From: a virus
Strand: one strand, 5' to 3'
Length of the DNA stretch: 64,000 nt
Virus record (IMG/VR): IMGVR_UViG_3300048921_000363
Location: 22,752 to 86,751 of that record
Position 1 is the first letter of the stretch. Each line of letters starts with the position of its first letter. Position numbers and translations under genes: made by a program. Below the pieces are notes generated by a model. The model was not told the DNA's origin. It did no database searches and worked only from the letters and a program-made list of their open reading frames with translations. This document shows, piece by piece, positions 36,298 to 46,344 of this stretch.

Positions 36298-36657
36298 ATG
36301 AAAAGCACACACGTAGCGCTTGTACAACGAGTCGAGCAGCTTGAGAAATTCCGAGCAGAAGTTCTGACAATTTGCGAGAGCGGCAAACATCGAATCAAGC
36401 ACACACAGTTACAGATGTGCAGCTTTCTCGATCGCCTTAAGAGCCTGGCGCTTGAAGCAGAACGCTCCAACTGCCCAGACAACTCAGAAGTGCTGCAGAT
36501 CGAAGCCGACGCCCGCCGCATCTATGAGAGTTGGGCAGACAAACCGGGGTTCGTTCCTTGGGAGGTCGGTGGAAATTCGACCATGCAGGAAGTCGCGAGA
36601 GCCGAGGCTCGGCGGCTTTGTTCCGAGGCATCCAGCAATAACCCACCCACCTGCTGA
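36298..36657 (+). CDS. Hypothetical protein inside the lysis cassette
   Basis: AAGGAGG RBS, 119 aa, between holin and endolysin. Confidence 0.75.
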   Translation: MKSTHVALVQRVEQLEKFRAEVLTICESGKHRIKHTQLQMCSFLDRLKSLALEAERSNCPDNSEVLQIEADARRIYESWADKPGFVPWEVGGNSTMQEVARAEARRLCSEASSNNPPTC

Positions 36658-36667
36658 GGGCCAACGC

Positions 36668-37513
36668 ATGACTACCACCTTACGTCATGGGGATCGCTCG
36701 CAAGCGGTGCGTAGCCTGCAAAAGAACCTCAACCAACACGGCGCCAAGCTGGAAATCGACGGTGATTACCGCGATGCCACAGAGGCCGCCGTGCGTGCTT
36801 ATCAGCTCAAAGTCGGTTTGGTCGTCGACGGAGTCGCGGGCAACAAAACGCAGGCCGCGCTCGCCGGTAATGACTGCCAGCAGTTGCTGAGAAACGCCGA
36901 TCTGGTCAGTGCTGCCGAGCGCTTGGGCGTGCCGCTGGCCAGCGTCTATGCCGTCAATGAAGTCGAGTCCAAGGGCAATGGCTTCCTCGACAATGGCAAG
37001 CCGGTGATTCTGTTCGAACGCCACATCATGTACCGCCAACTGTCGAAGGTTCGGCATGATGGCGACGATCCCACGGCGCTCAAACTACACGCTGACCAGT
37101 TGGCGGCGACCAACCCTGCAATCGTCAATCCAAAATCGGGTGGCTATGCCGGCGGCAGCGCCGAACACCAGCGCCTGGCAACCGCTCGCTTGATCGATGA
37201 CACCGCCGCACTGGAGTCCGCCTCTTGGGGTGCTTTCCAGATCATGGGCTTTCACTGGCAGCGCCTGGGCTATAGCAGCGTACAGGCTTTTGCCGCTGCC
37301 ATGAGCGCTGGCGAGTCGCAGCAGTTCGATGCGTTCGTCCGGTTCATCGAGACCGACCCGGTGCTGCACAAGGCGCTGAAAGGCCGCAAATGGGCCGAAT
37401 TCGCCAAGCTCTACAACGGGCCTGACTACCAGCGAAATCTGTACGACATCAAACTCCAGCGCGCCTACGAGCGGCACGACGACTGCGGATGTGGTCAGGC
37501 GGTGGCCGCATGA
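36668..37513 (+). CDS. Endolysin: PG-binding domain plus N-acetylmuramidase (DUF3380-like)
   Basis: LRHGDRS..V..LQ, DG..G.KT; EVES, ILFERH, SWGAFQIMGFHW, YNGP. Confidence 0.92.
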   Translation: MTTTLRHGDRSQAVRSLQKNLNQHGAKLEIDGDYRDATEAAVRAYQLKVGLVVDGVAGNKTQAALAGNDCQQLLRNADLVSAAERLGVPLASVYAVNEVESKGNGFLDNGKPVILFERHIMYRQLSKVRHDGDDPTALKLHADQLAATNPAIVNPKSGGYAGGSAEHQRLATARLIDDTAALESASWGAFQIMGFHWQRLGYSSVQAFAAAMSAGESQQFDAFVRFIETDPVLHKALKGRKWAEFAKLYNGPDYQRNLYDIKLQRAYERHDDCGCGQAVAA

Positions 37514-37716
37514 TCGACTTCGACGCGGTTCAGCTGCTGAATGTGCAAGACGGTGATCTGCTGGTGGTACCAGAGGACAGTGATCAGCAAGACATGGTGC
37601 AGCTGCGCGACGCGCTCCGCATTCAGGATCCTCGCCGCAAAGTCATCATCATTCGCGGCCCGGTCCAGCACATGGACATTGGCGACATGAACCAACTCGG
37701 TTGGTACCGGGCGTGA
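37510..37716 (+). CDS. Small hypothetical protein
   Basis: ATGA-coupled to the endolysin; 68 aa. Confidence 0.65.
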   Translation: MIDFDAVQLLNVQDGDLLVVPEDSDQQDMVQLRDALRIQDPRRKVIIIRGPVQHMDIGDMNQLGWYRA

Positions 37717-38156
37717 GTACCCTGCGGCAAGCCTTGCTTGGTATTGCGCTGCTGGCAGCTCTTGGATTGCTGATCTGGTGCCAGGAGCTGCGTATCAGCG
37801 GCGCGAACAAGGACACCCAATTGGCCGAGCAGGACGCCAGCCATGCGCGCGAACAAGCCGAACGCAACCTCGCGAACGCCAATGCGTTGCGCGACACCCT
37901 GCAACACGAACGCAACGCCCAGACCACCCTGCGCACGCAACAGGATCAACTGCGCCAAGGCCTGGCAAAGCGCGAACTCACCATTGAGGCTTTGAAACGT
38001 GAAAATGCCGAATTACGCGATTGGGCTACCCAGCCTATGCCTGATGCTGCTCGCCGGCTGCGCAAGCGCCCCGCCCTCACCGGCGCCGACGCTTATCGTC
38101 AGTGGCTGTCCAGCCGTAGTTCACTGCACTCTACCGGCGACCAGCCCGCGCAATAA
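37713..38156 (+). CDS. i-spanin (LysB/Rz-like)
   Basis: N-terminal TM, coiled coil, ENAELRDWA. Confidence 0.88.
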   Translation: MSTLRQALLGIALLAALGLLIWCQELRISGANKDTQLAEQDASHAREQAERNLANANALRDTLQHERNAQTTLRTQQDQLRQGLAKRELTIEALKRENAELRDWATQPMPDAARRLRKRPALTGADAYRQWLSSRSSLHSTGDQPAQ

Positions 38157-38256
38157 CGGCGATCAACTGACTGATCAGGATCGAGTCGAAGCCGCTTGGG
38201 CAGAATGCGCAAGCCAGGTGGACATGATTTATCAACACCAGCAGGCCCGACGATGA
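38005..38256 (+). CDS. o-spanin lipoprotein (LysC/Rz1-like)
   Basis: Lipobox LLAGC, Pro-rich, overlaps the i-spanin out of frame. Confidence 0.88.
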   Translation: MPNYAIGLPSLCLMLLAGCASAPPSPAPTLIVSGCPAVVHCTLPATSPRNNGDQLTDQDRVEAAWAECASQVDMIYQHQQARR

Positions 38257-38729
38257 ACAAGCCCGACAGCCTGAAAGCCCACCTGCTCGCCACTGTGGCC
38301 GAACTCAAACACAACCCCGACCGACTGTTAATCTTCATAGACAACGGCAAGATCCGCTGCACGGCCGCGCAGACGCTTTCTTTCGAATACAGCTTCGACC
38401 TGCAGGTCATCCTCACCGACTTCGCCGGCCACCCCGACAGCGTTATGTTGCCGCTGCTCGGTTGGTTGAGCGTTCACCAGTCCGAACTGCTGGAGAACCT
38501 GAGCAAAGCCTCAGACGGCATCCAGTTCGAGGCCGACATCCTCGACAACAGCAAGGTCGATATGAGCCTGACGCTGCCCCTGACCGAGCGTGTCGTGGTG
38601 GGCAAGGACGATCAGGGCAACACCACCATTCGCCATCCTGGCGAGCCGCAGCGGGCTGCTGACTTTCTAAATCCGAACTGGATACCCGGCGCGCAAGGCA
38701 CCGGCAGTGAATGGGTACTACCGCAATGA
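38253..38729 (+). CDS. Tail completion protein (P2 gpR)
   Basis: MNKPDSLKAHL, LSFEY, LPLTERV. Confidence 0.9.
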   Translation: MNKPDSLKAHLLATVAELKHNPDRLLIFIDNGKIRCTAAQTLSFEYSFDLQVILTDFAGHPDSVMLPLLGWLSVHQSELLENLSKASDGIQFEADILDNSKVDMSLTLPLTERVVVGKDDQGNTTIRHPGEPQRAADFLNPNWIPGAQGTGSEWVLPQ

Positions 38730-39190
38730 CCAACCGGCTGGAAGCGCTGGAGGACTGGGCGGCGGGATTGCTTGGGCAGCTTGAGCCGGCATCGCGCAAC
38801 AAGCTGGCTCGCAGTCTCGGTCAGGCGGTGCGTCGTAGCCAGCAGCAGCGAATCATTGCCCAGCAGAACCCGGATGGCAGCAAGTACACGCCGCGCAAGC
38901 AACGCAACCTGCGCCGTAAACAGGGTCGGGTGAAGCGTAAGGTGAAGATGTTTCGGAAGCTGCGCACGGCGAGCTTTTTTAAGGTTCAGGGCGACAGTAA
39001 CGCTATCAGTGTCGGATTCGCGGGCCGAGTCGCCCGCATTGCCAGGGTTCATCAGTACGGACTAAAAGATCGAGCTGCACCCGCGGCGCCTGAAGTGAAA
39101 TTCGAGCAGAGAGCAATCCTTGGCTTTACCGATGCCGAACTGGATCTTATTAGGGACCAGATGCTTATTTACTTTGCTTCTCGAATGTAA
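38726..39190 (+). CDS. Virion morphogenesis protein (P2 gpS)
   Basis: QQNPDGS.Y.PRK, IARVHQYG, RAILG. Confidence 0.92.
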   Translation: MTNRLEALEDWAAGLLGQLEPASRNKLARSLGQAVRRSQQQRIIAQQNPDGSKYTPRKQRNLRRKQGRVKRKVKMFRKLRTASFFKVQGDSNAISVGFAGRVARIARVHQYGLKDRAAPAAPEVKFEQRAILGFTDAELDLIRDQMLIYFASRM

Positions 39191-39288
39191 TTATTTCCCT
39201 TCAAGCGTTTTTATTTCAGTCGAAAACCGGTAAAAACCATCTGAGCGGGGTAAAAGGAAACCATCGTAGCAAGGGAGCAGGTTAAAAG

Positions 39289-40011
39289 ATGAAAAAGACT
39301 TTCAAGGCACATTGCCCTCGTTGCGACGGGGAAAGGATCTGCTGGATACACGGTGAGTTTGAAAAACCATGGGATTGGGACGACGGCCAGCACTCCATGT
39401 GGGGGCAGAGTGACTATAAGTTAGCTCAGTGCTGTGGTTGCGAGGAAGTTTTCTTTCATGAAAGCAGCTGGGATTCGGAGGATCGAGATTACGAGTACGA
39501 TCCAAGAACAAGCCAGGAAGTCGCCGTATTTCCGCGCACTATTACTACATTTCCTGCACCGAAAAAGGAAAGCAAACAACCTGACTGGGTTTGGGATATC
39601 GCAAAAATCGACCCACAGCTGTTTACAATTTTGAGCGAAATGTATCAAGCATATGAGCATGGCGCATTCATTCTTGCATCAGTTGGTTTGAGGACGGCTT
39701 TTGACCGTACAACCGAAGTGCTTAAGATCGATCCAGAACTGACATTGAAAGAAAAGGTCGCCCTACTTCTTAACGACGGATATATAGGCGATACCGAATC
39801 CCAAACACTGGGAGTAGTCACAGATGCTGGAAGCGCCGCCGCACACCGAGCTTGGGCGCCTACACAAAAAGAGTTTGAAACGTTATTGAAAACACTCGAG
39901 CTTTTCATTCAGCACACGGTAGTTAGTGGCAAGTCGGCTTTGAATGTTGCAGATAGCATTCCAAAGCGCCCTCCCAAAAAACAAAAACCGAATAAAAAAC
40001 CTAACGAGTAA
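39289..40011 (+). CDS. DUF4145/HEPN-like protein with N-terminal Cys cluster (moron)
   Basis: CPRC...CCGC; ASVGLRTAFD, LKEKV..L, GSAAAH; AT-rich. Confidence 0.7.
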   Translation: MKKTFKAHCPRCDGERICWIHGEFEKPWDWDDGQHSMWGQSDYKLAQCCGCEEVFFHESSWDSEDRDYEYDPRTSQEVAVFPRTITTFPAPKKESKQPDWVWDIAKIDPQLFTILSEMYQAYEHGAFILASVGLRTAFDRTTEVLKIDPELTLKEKVALLLNDGYIGDTESQTLGVVTDAGSAAAHRAWAPTQKEFETLLKTLELFIQHTVVSGKSALNVADSIPKRPPKKQKPNKKPNE

Positions 40012-40020
40012 CCCTAATCT

Positions 40021-40039
40021 TGTAGGACTTGGACCTACA
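40021..40039 (+). promoter_or_regulatory. Ogr-type activator site (V promoter)
   Basis: TGTAGGACTTGGACCTACA dyad upstream of V. Confidence 0.7.
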
Positions 40040-40086
40040 ACACTTCGAAGCTGCGTTGTCGCCCGCATGGCGCCACCATCGGCGCC

Positions 40087-40659
40087 ATGAACGACTTAGC
40101 CACCCTCGCCCGCCTGATCGAAAATCTCATCCGCCTCGGCACCATCGCTGCCGTCCAGATGAGCCCCCCTCGTGCGCAGGTCAAAACCGGAACCCTCACC
40201 ACCGGCTGGCTCCCATGGATTGCCGCCCGGGCCGGTGCCGACCGCGAGTGGAATCCTCCAACCGAAGGCGAGCAGGTCATCCTCTTCAGCCCCTCCGGCC
40301 AACTCGGTAACGGCATCATTCTGACAGGCCTGTTCAGCGACAACATCCCGGCCAACGGCGGCCGCGAAGGCCTTCACCGCCGCACCTACCGCGACGGAAC
40401 CGTCATCGAATACGACAGCGTCGCGCACCATCTCAACGCCACGCTGGCCGAAGGCGGCACAACCAACCTGATTAGCACCGGCGGTATCCACATCGTCGGC
40501 CCGATCACTCATGAAGGCGACTACACCCAGACCGGCAACCAAAATATCACCGGGATGGTCACCGTTTCCGAAGACGTCATCGCGGCCAGCATCAGTCTTG
40601 TGAAGCACCTGCACGGCGGCGTCATGCCTGGCGGCGCCAAGACAGGGAAACCGGAATGA
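40087..40659 (+). CDS. Baseplate spike V
   Basis: NLIRLGTI, TGWLPW, PTEGEQV, DGTVIEYD, HLH. Confidence 0.93.
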   Translation: MNDLATLARLIENLIRLGTIAAVQMSPPRAQVKTGTLTTGWLPWIAARAGADREWNPPTEGEQVILFSPSGQLGNGIILTGLFSDNIPANGGREGLHRRTYRDGTVIEYDSVAHHLNATLAEGGTTNLISTGGIHIVGPITHEGDYTQTGNQNITGMVTVSEDVIAASISLVKHLHGGVMPGGAKTGKPE

Positions 40660-41000
40660 ACCGAGAAACCGGCGCAGCCCTCGGCCTAGTCGAGCACATC
40701 GCCCAGTCCATCACCGACATCCTGACTACCCGCATCGGCACCCGCGTCATGCGCCGCGAATACGGCAGTCTCCTGCCCGAACTGGTAGATCAGCCGTTCA
40801 ACGACTTCACTCGCCTGCAGGTCTACGCGGCCACCGTCATGGCCCTGATGCGCTGGGAAACCCGCATCAGCCTTAGCCGTATCCAGTTCATCGGTGCGAA
40901 CCTTCAGGGTCAAGCGTCTTTAGAGTTTGAAGGCACCATCGTCGACAATAATCAGCCGCTGAGCCTGAGCGTTCCTCTGCAACTGGGTGCCAGCGTATGA
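40656..41000 (+). CDS. Baseplate W
   Basis: HIAQSITDILTT..GTRVMRREYGS. Confidence 0.93.
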   Translation: MNRETGAALGLVEHIAQSITDILTTRIGTRVMRREYGSLLPELVDQPFNDFTRLQVYAATVMALMRWETRISLSRIQFIGANLQGQASLEFEGTIVDNNQPLSLSVPLQLGASV

Positions 41001-41908
41001 ACAACTTCACGGCGATCGACCTCAGCCAACTGCCCGCGCCGCAAGTCGTCGAACAGATCGATTACGAACAGATCCTCGCCGAGCGCAAGGCCTACGCCGT
41101 CAGCCTCTGGCCCGCCGAGGAGCAAGCCGAGATCGCTGCACGTCTCAACATGGAGTCGGAACCGCTCACCAAACTACTCGAGGAAAACGCCTACCGCGAA
41201 ACCGTCTGGCGTCAGCGCGTCAATGAAGCATCCGTGGCCAATATGCTCGCCCTGGCCAAAGGCACCGACCTCGAACAGCTAGCCGCCAATTTCAACGTCA
41301 AGCGTCTGGTGATTCAGGCTGCCAATCCGACAGCCGTGCCGCCACTTCCCAAGCTGATGGAAAGTGACGATAGCCTGCGCGAACGCGCGCAAATGGCCTG
41401 GGAAGGCCTCAGCACCGCCGGCCCGCGCAATGCCTACATTTTCCACGCCCGTTCCGCTGACGGTCAGGTCGCCGACGCCACCGCCGAAAGTCCGGCGCCG
41501 GCCGAGGCGGTGGTTACCGTGCAATCGGTGCTGGGGGACGGTACACCCACGCAAGCACTTCTCGACAGAGTCGAGGCCTATCTCAGTGATGACGACCGGC
41601 GACCAGTCGCGGATCGCCTGACCGTGCAAGGCGCGGAAATCGTCAACTACCGGGTCAAAGCCAAGATCTATCCGCTGACCAGCGGCCCGGAAAACGAACT
41701 CGTACTCGCCGCAGCCGAGGCCCAATTGCTCAAGTTCGTGCACCAACGGCGACGCCTGGCACTGGAGGTTTCCGAATCAATCGTGCACGCCGCGCTGCAC
41801 GTAGAGGGTGTGCGCAAGGTTGTACTGGAAGACTGGGAAGACATCGTCGCCACCAAATACCAGGCACCGTATTGCACGAGCGTCGAACTGTTGCTGGGGG
41901 TTGAGTGA
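40997..41908 (+). CDS. Baseplate J
   Basis: IDLSQLPAP, ESEPLTKLLE, LSTAGP. Confidence 0.94.
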   Translation: MNNFTAIDLSQLPAPQVVEQIDYEQILAERKAYAVSLWPAEEQAEIAARLNMESEPLTKLLEENAYRETVWRQRVNEASVANMLALAKGTDLEQLAANFNVKRLVIQAANPTAVPPLPKLMESDDSLRERAQMAWEGLSTAGPRNAYIFHARSADGQVADATAESPAPAEAVVTVQSVLGDGTPTQALLDRVEAYLSDDDRRPVADRLTVQGAEIVNYRVKAKIYPLTSGPENELVLAAAEAQLLKFVHQRRRLALEVSESIVHAALHVEGVRKVVLEDWEDIVATKYQAPYCTSVELLLGVE

Positions 41909-42531
41909 TGACCTGTCAGCCACTGTTGCCTGGCAACTCGACCCCTCTGGAACGCCAAGCCGCGCAGGCATTGGCAGAAATTCAACGCGTACCGATTCCG
42001 CTGCGTACGCTCTACAACCCTGACCAGTGTCCGATGCCCTTGCTGCCGTATCTGGCTTGGGCGTTCTCGGTTGATCGCTGGGACAGCAAGTGGCCGGAAT
42101 CCGCCAAACGTGCAGCGATTCGCGCGGCCTACTACATCCACTCACGCAAGGGCACTATCGGCGCCTTGCGCAGGGTGGTCGAGCCGCTGGGGTATCTGAT
42201 CGAAGTAGCGGAGTGGTGGCAAACCCCTTCACCCGGCACGCCCGGGACCTTTGCCTTGCGCATCGGTGTACTCGACTCCGGCATCACCGAAGCGATGTAC
42301 CAGGAACTTGTCTGGCTCATCGACGACGCTAAACCCCTCACCCGCCACCTGACCGGCCTCGACATCGTCCTTGAAACCCGACTCGACGCGTTCGTTGGAT
42401 TCGCCGTTTACGACGGCGACGAAATTGACGTGTACCCCTGGAACAACCCGGACATCGATGTTGCGATCCAGGGCTACAGCGGCGTGAGCCTTTACACCCT
42501 CGACGAACTGGATGTGTACACCCATGGTTGA
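41908..42531 (+). CDS. Tail protein I
   Basis: LLPGNSTPLE, LPYLAWAFSVDRWD. Confidence 0.93.
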   Translation: MTCQPLLPGNSTPLERQAAQALAEIQRVPIPLRTLYNPDQCPMPLLPYLAWAFSVDRWDSKWPESAKRAAIRAAYYIHSRKGTIGALRRVVEPLGYLIEVAEWWQTPSPGTPGTFALRIGVLDSGITEAMYQELVWLIDDAKPLTRHLTGLDIVLETRLDAFVGFAVYDGDEIDVYPWNNPDIDVAIQGYSGVSLYTLDELDVYTHG

Positions 42532-44002
42532 TCAAAACTCTATTTTCGGCGGCATGATGACGACGCTGGGCGCCGCCAAGAAAACCAACTGCGATGCCCT
42601 CGGCATTCCGTGGGAACCGCGCTACATGCTAATCGGTGACGCCAACGACACCGACCCGGTGCCCAGTCCGACACAGACCAAGTTGATCAACCAACGCTAC
42701 CGCGCCCAGCTCAATCAGTTGCGTGTATCACCGACGGACGCCAATGTCCTGATCGCCGAACTGGTACTACCACCGGACGTGGGCGGCTGGTGGATTCGCG
42801 AGCTGGCCCTCGAAGACAAAGACGGCGTTTTCAGCGCGGTGGCCAATGCGGCGCCGAGCTACAAGCCGTTGCTGGCGCAAGGCTCGGGGCGTAATCAGGT
42901 GGTGCGGATGCACATCATCACTAGTGGGACGTCGAACATTCAGTTGAAGATTGACCCGTCGGTGGTGCTGGCCACACGGAGCTATGTCGACGCGCAGATT
43001 TTGGGGGTTCTCCCGCCAGACAAGGTTGCCGGTACCTATACCAAAGTCACGATCAACGCTCGCGGCGTTGTGCAAAGCGGCTCTAATCCAACCACGCTGG
43101 CCGGTTATGGCATTACTGATGCGTTGACCACTTCGGGTGGCGACGTGACCGGCAATATCCGCATGTTTAACGGCAGCAGCCTTGATGTCATCGCAGCAGC
43201 CGTGCCGTCCTGGGAAGGTGGTGTGCATGCGCGAAGCAACGCCAGTGACAGCCCTGTTTTGGGAGGGCTGGGCGCATGGGGTAATAACAACTCTCTCAAC
43301 TGCGTCTACATGGGCCTGGGCCAGACACCGTGGGCCACCGGTACGGGTAACGGGGTGCGGGTCACGTCGGCCGGGGTCTATGTCGAGGGCGTGCTGTATG
43401 GCAATGGTGGCGGGCTGTCGGCCCTGAACTGGTCAACGCTGGTCGCCACACCGACCTCGTTGGCCGGTTACGGGATCGGCATAGCCAGTCAGACAGAGGC
43501 CGAGACTGGAGCAGACACCAACAAGCCCATGACGGCCTTGAGGGTGTTCCAGGCGATCAACGCCAAAGTTGTACAGGCCTCTGAAAGCATATTGGGGCTT
43601 GTTCGCATCGCGTCCCAGTTGGCAGTCAATACAGGGACGGATGACAGCACGGCCGTGAGTCCCAAAAAGCTGCGTGCGGGCGTTTCGATGTTGATCGGCG
43701 TAAACGGCTACATCGCGCTTCCGACGTGGCTGGGTGGCTTGATTCTGCAATGGGGCGTATTGACCGATATTCCTCAAGCTTCAGCGGGCCTCAGTGACGT
43801 AGGGCCTGTTCGCGATGTGTCCTTCCCTGTGTCCTTTCCGAACGCGGCCTTGCGTGTGTTTGCCTGTATGGACTTCACGACCATGTCGACGACAGGCGCG
43901 TTCGCACCGGGAGCGCTCATCATTTCCAAGTCGGTACTGAGGCTGCAAAACAACTACACCGCTTCACCGGGCCGAATCTCCTGGTGGGCCATCGGAAACT
44001 GA
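42524..44002 (+). CDS. Tail fibre protein (gpH-like)
   Basis: GGWWIRE, YKPLL.QGSGR, TTLAGYGITDA, GLILQWG...FPNA...WWAIG. Confidence 0.93.
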   Translation: MVDQNSIFGGMMTTLGAAKKTNCDALGIPWEPRYMLIGDANDTDPVPSPTQTKLINQRYRAQLNQLRVSPTDANVLIAELVLPPDVGGWWIRELALEDKDGVFSAVANAAPSYKPLLAQGSGRNQVVRMHIITSGTSNIQLKIDPSVVLATRSYVDAQILGVLPPDKVAGTYTKVTINARGVVQSGSNPTTLAGYGITDALTTSGGDVTGNIRMFNGSSLDVIAAAVPSWEGGVHARSNASDSPVLGGLGAWGNNNSLNCVYMGLGQTPWATGTGNGVRVTSAGVYVEGVLYGNGGGLSALNWSTLVATPTSLAGYGIGIASQTEAETGADTNKPMTALRVFQAINAKVVQASESILGLVRIASQLAVNTGTDDSTAVSPKKLRAGVSMLIGVNGYIALPTWLGGLILQWGVLTDIPQASAGLSDVGPVRDVSFPVSFPNAALRVFACMDFTTMSTTGAFAPGALIISKSVLRLQNNYTASPGRISWWAIGN

Positions 44003-44010
44003 GGGCAATC

Positions 44011-44442
44011 ATGTCAATTTTTTATCACGCGGCAACCCGCAGCTTTTTCAACACCGTCACCCACTCAGTCAAAAGCATTCCGGCAGATGCCGTGGAAATC
44101 TCTCGAGACCTGCACGCTTACCTGCTGGAAGGTGAAGCAGCCGGTAAAACAATCCGAATCAACGTGGATGGACAACCCGAACTGGTTGAAACAGAAGTTG
44201 ATCCGCAAGCGAAGTTGATGCTGGAACGAGCATGGCGAGACGCTGAAATTGTCCGGGTGACCTGGTTACGTGATCGCCACAGAGATGAAATCGAGCTGGG
44301 CGCACCGACGACAATTACCGGCGAGCAATATTCCGAACTGCTGGCTTACATCCAGGCACTGCGAGATTGGCCGGCCCATTCGGACTTCCCCGATACGCTG
44401 ACTCGGCCTGCCGCCCCGACGTGGATAGCTGGCGCCTTCTGA
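44011..44442 (+). CDS. Tail fibre assembly chaperone
   Basis: IPADAVEI, ERAWRD, YIQALRDWP...FP...RP. Confidence 0.88.
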   Translation: MSIFYHAATRSFFNTVTHSVKSIPADAVEISRDLHAYLLEGEAAGKTIRINVDGQPELVETEVDPQAKLMLERAWRDAEIVRVTWLRDRHRDEIELGAPTTITGEQYSELLAYIQALRDWPAHSDFPDTLTRPAAPTWIAGAF

Positions 44443-44457
44443 ATCCCCGCCCAACCC

Positions 44458-44476
44458 TGTACTGACCCCGCCTACA
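44458..44476 (+). promoter_or_regulatory. Ogr-type activator site (F promoter)
   Basis: TGTACTGACCCCGCCTACA upstream of the sheath gene. Confidence 0.65.
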
Positions 44477-44552
44477 ACCCTGCGCGCTCGCCCATCCGGC
44501 GCGCGCGCGGCAGCCTGTGCACTGTCATCCCATTTACTGCGCAGGCAAAACC

Positions 44553-45722
44553 ATGGCCGATTATCTTCACGGCGTGCGGGTGCTCGAACTCAACGACGGC
44601 ACCCGCCCCATTCGCACCATCCCTACCGCTGTCATTGGCCTGGTCTGCACAGCCGACGACGCCGATGCAGCAGCTTTCCCACTGGACACCCCGGTACTGC
44701 TGACCAATGTGCAGACCGCCATCGCGAAGGCTGGCGTGAAAGGTACTCTCGCGGTCAGCCTGCAAGCCATCGCTGACCAGACCAAACCCTACACCATCGT
44801 CGTACGCGTGAAGGAAGGCGCTACAGAGGCAGAAACGACGTCAGCCCTGATCGGCTCCACCACCGCCGATGGCAAATACACCGGTATGAAAGCGTTACTC
44901 GCTGCCAAGGCCAGAGTCGGCATGGTGCCGCGCATCCTCGGTGTGCCAGGCCTCGACAGCCAGCCGGTAGCCACCGCCTTGGTCAGCATCGGCCAACAGT
45001 TACGCGCCTTCAACTATGTCAGTGCCTGGGACTGCAAAACCAAAGAAGAAGCAGTCGCCTATCGCGAGAACTTCGGTGCCCGTGAAGTGATGGTGATCTG
45101 GCCAGACTTCCAGAACTGGGATACCACGACCGACAAAACCGTGAAGGCTTCTGCCGTCGCCCGTGCCCTTGGATTACGCGCCAAGATTGACCAGGAAGTG
45201 GGCTGGCACAAAACCCTTTCCAACGTCGCCGTGAACGGCGTCACCGGGATCAGCGCTGACGTGTTCTGGGATCTGCAAAACCCGGCCACCGATGCCAACT
45301 ACCTCAACGGCAACGAAGTCACCACCCTGATCAACGAAAGCGGCTTCCGGTTCTGGGGCAGTCGCACGTGCAGCGACGATCCACTATTCGCCTTCGAGAA
45401 CTACACGCGTACAGCGCAGATCCTCGCCGACACCATGGCGGAAGCGCAGATGTGGGCCATCGACAAGCCCATGAACCCTTCCCTGGTGCGCGACATCATC
45501 GAGAGCAACAACGCCAAATTCCGCGAGCTAACGGCCAACGGCTACCTGCTCGGTGGCAGTTGCTGGTACCCGGAAGACGTCAACGACAAAGACACCCTCA
45601 AGGCCGGCAAGCTGTACATCGACTACGACTACACGCCTGTACCACCGCTGGAAGATCTCACGCTGCGGCAGCGCATCACTGACCGCTATCTCATCAACTT
45701 CGCCGCCAAAGTAAACAGCTGA
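44553..45722 (+). CDS. Tail sheath protein (gpFI)
   Basis: YLHGVRV, PRILGVPG, GWHKTLSN, GFRFWGSRT. Confidence 0.96.
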   Translation: MADYLHGVRVLELNDGTRPIRTIPTAVIGLVCTADDADAAAFPLDTPVLLTNVQTAIAKAGVKGTLAVSLQAIADQTKPYTIVVRVKEGATEAETTSALIGSTTADGKYTGMKALLAAKARVGMVPRILGVPGLDSQPVATALVSIGQQLRAFNYVSAWDCKTKEEAVAYRENFGAREVMVIWPDFQNWDTTTDKTVKASAVARALGLRAKIDQEVGWHKTLSNVAVNGVTGISADVFWDLQNPATDANYLNGNEVTTLINESGFRFWGSRTCSDDPLFAFENYTRTAQILADTMAEAQMWAIDKPMNPSLVRDIIESNNAKFRELTANGYLLGGSCWYPEDVNDKDTLKAGKLYIDYDYTPVPPLEDLTLRQRITDRYLINFAAKVNS

Positions 45723-45776
45723 GCCGGAACTCCCCGAGGGGAGTCAACCCGTGCCTGAGTACCGGAGAACACCGCC

Positions 45777-46292
45777 ATGGCCATGCCACGCAAGCTCAAA
45801 AACCTGAACCTCTTCAACGACGCCAACAACTACGTGGGCGTGGTCAAGTCGGTCACCCTGCCCCCGCTCGGCCGCAAGATGGAAGCCTATCGCGGGGGCG
45901 GCATGAACGGTCCAGTCAAGGCTGACCTAGGCTTCTCCGACGACGGCATCCAGTTCGAATGGAAAACAGGCGGCCTGGATCTGATTTCCCTGAAACAGTT
46001 TGGCGCGGTCAATGCTTCGGGTGTTGCCCTGCGTTTCTCTGGACCTTTCCAGCAGGACGATACTGGCGAAACCAGTACGGTTGAAGTCGTCATGCGCGGG
46101 CGTCACGAAACCATCGAGATGGGTGACGCTCAGCCAGGTGAGGACACCGAGCACAGCATGACCACCACCTGCAGCTACTACAAATTGACCGTCGACGGCG
46201 AAGAGATCATCGAGATTGATCTGCTCAACTTCATCGAGAAGGTCAACGGCGTGGACATGCTGGAGAAACAGCGCACCGCGATGGGCCTGTAA
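45777..46292 (+). CDS. Tail tube protein (gpFII)
   Basis: MPRKLK, YRGGGM.GPV, YYKL...IEID. Confidence 0.95.
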   Translation: MAMPRKLKNLNLFNDANNYVGVVKSVTLPPLGRKMEAYRGGGMNGPVKADLGFSDDGIQFEWKTGGLDLISLKQFGAVNASGVALRFSGPFQQDDTGETSTVEVVMRGRHETIEMGDAQPGEDTEHSMTTTCSYYKLTVDGEEIIEIDLLNFIEKVNGVDMLEKQRTAMGL

Positions 46293-46344
46293 TTAACCTC
46301 TGCCCTCGATCGAGGGCGGTTCACCCTGCAATTTGGAGCAACAC

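Noticed and set aside
43028-43789. Diversity-generating retroelement or invertase-driven fibre switch as the cause of fibre similarity
   Set aside because: No reverse transcriptase or serine invertase in the window; differences are mostly synonymous and not adenine-specific
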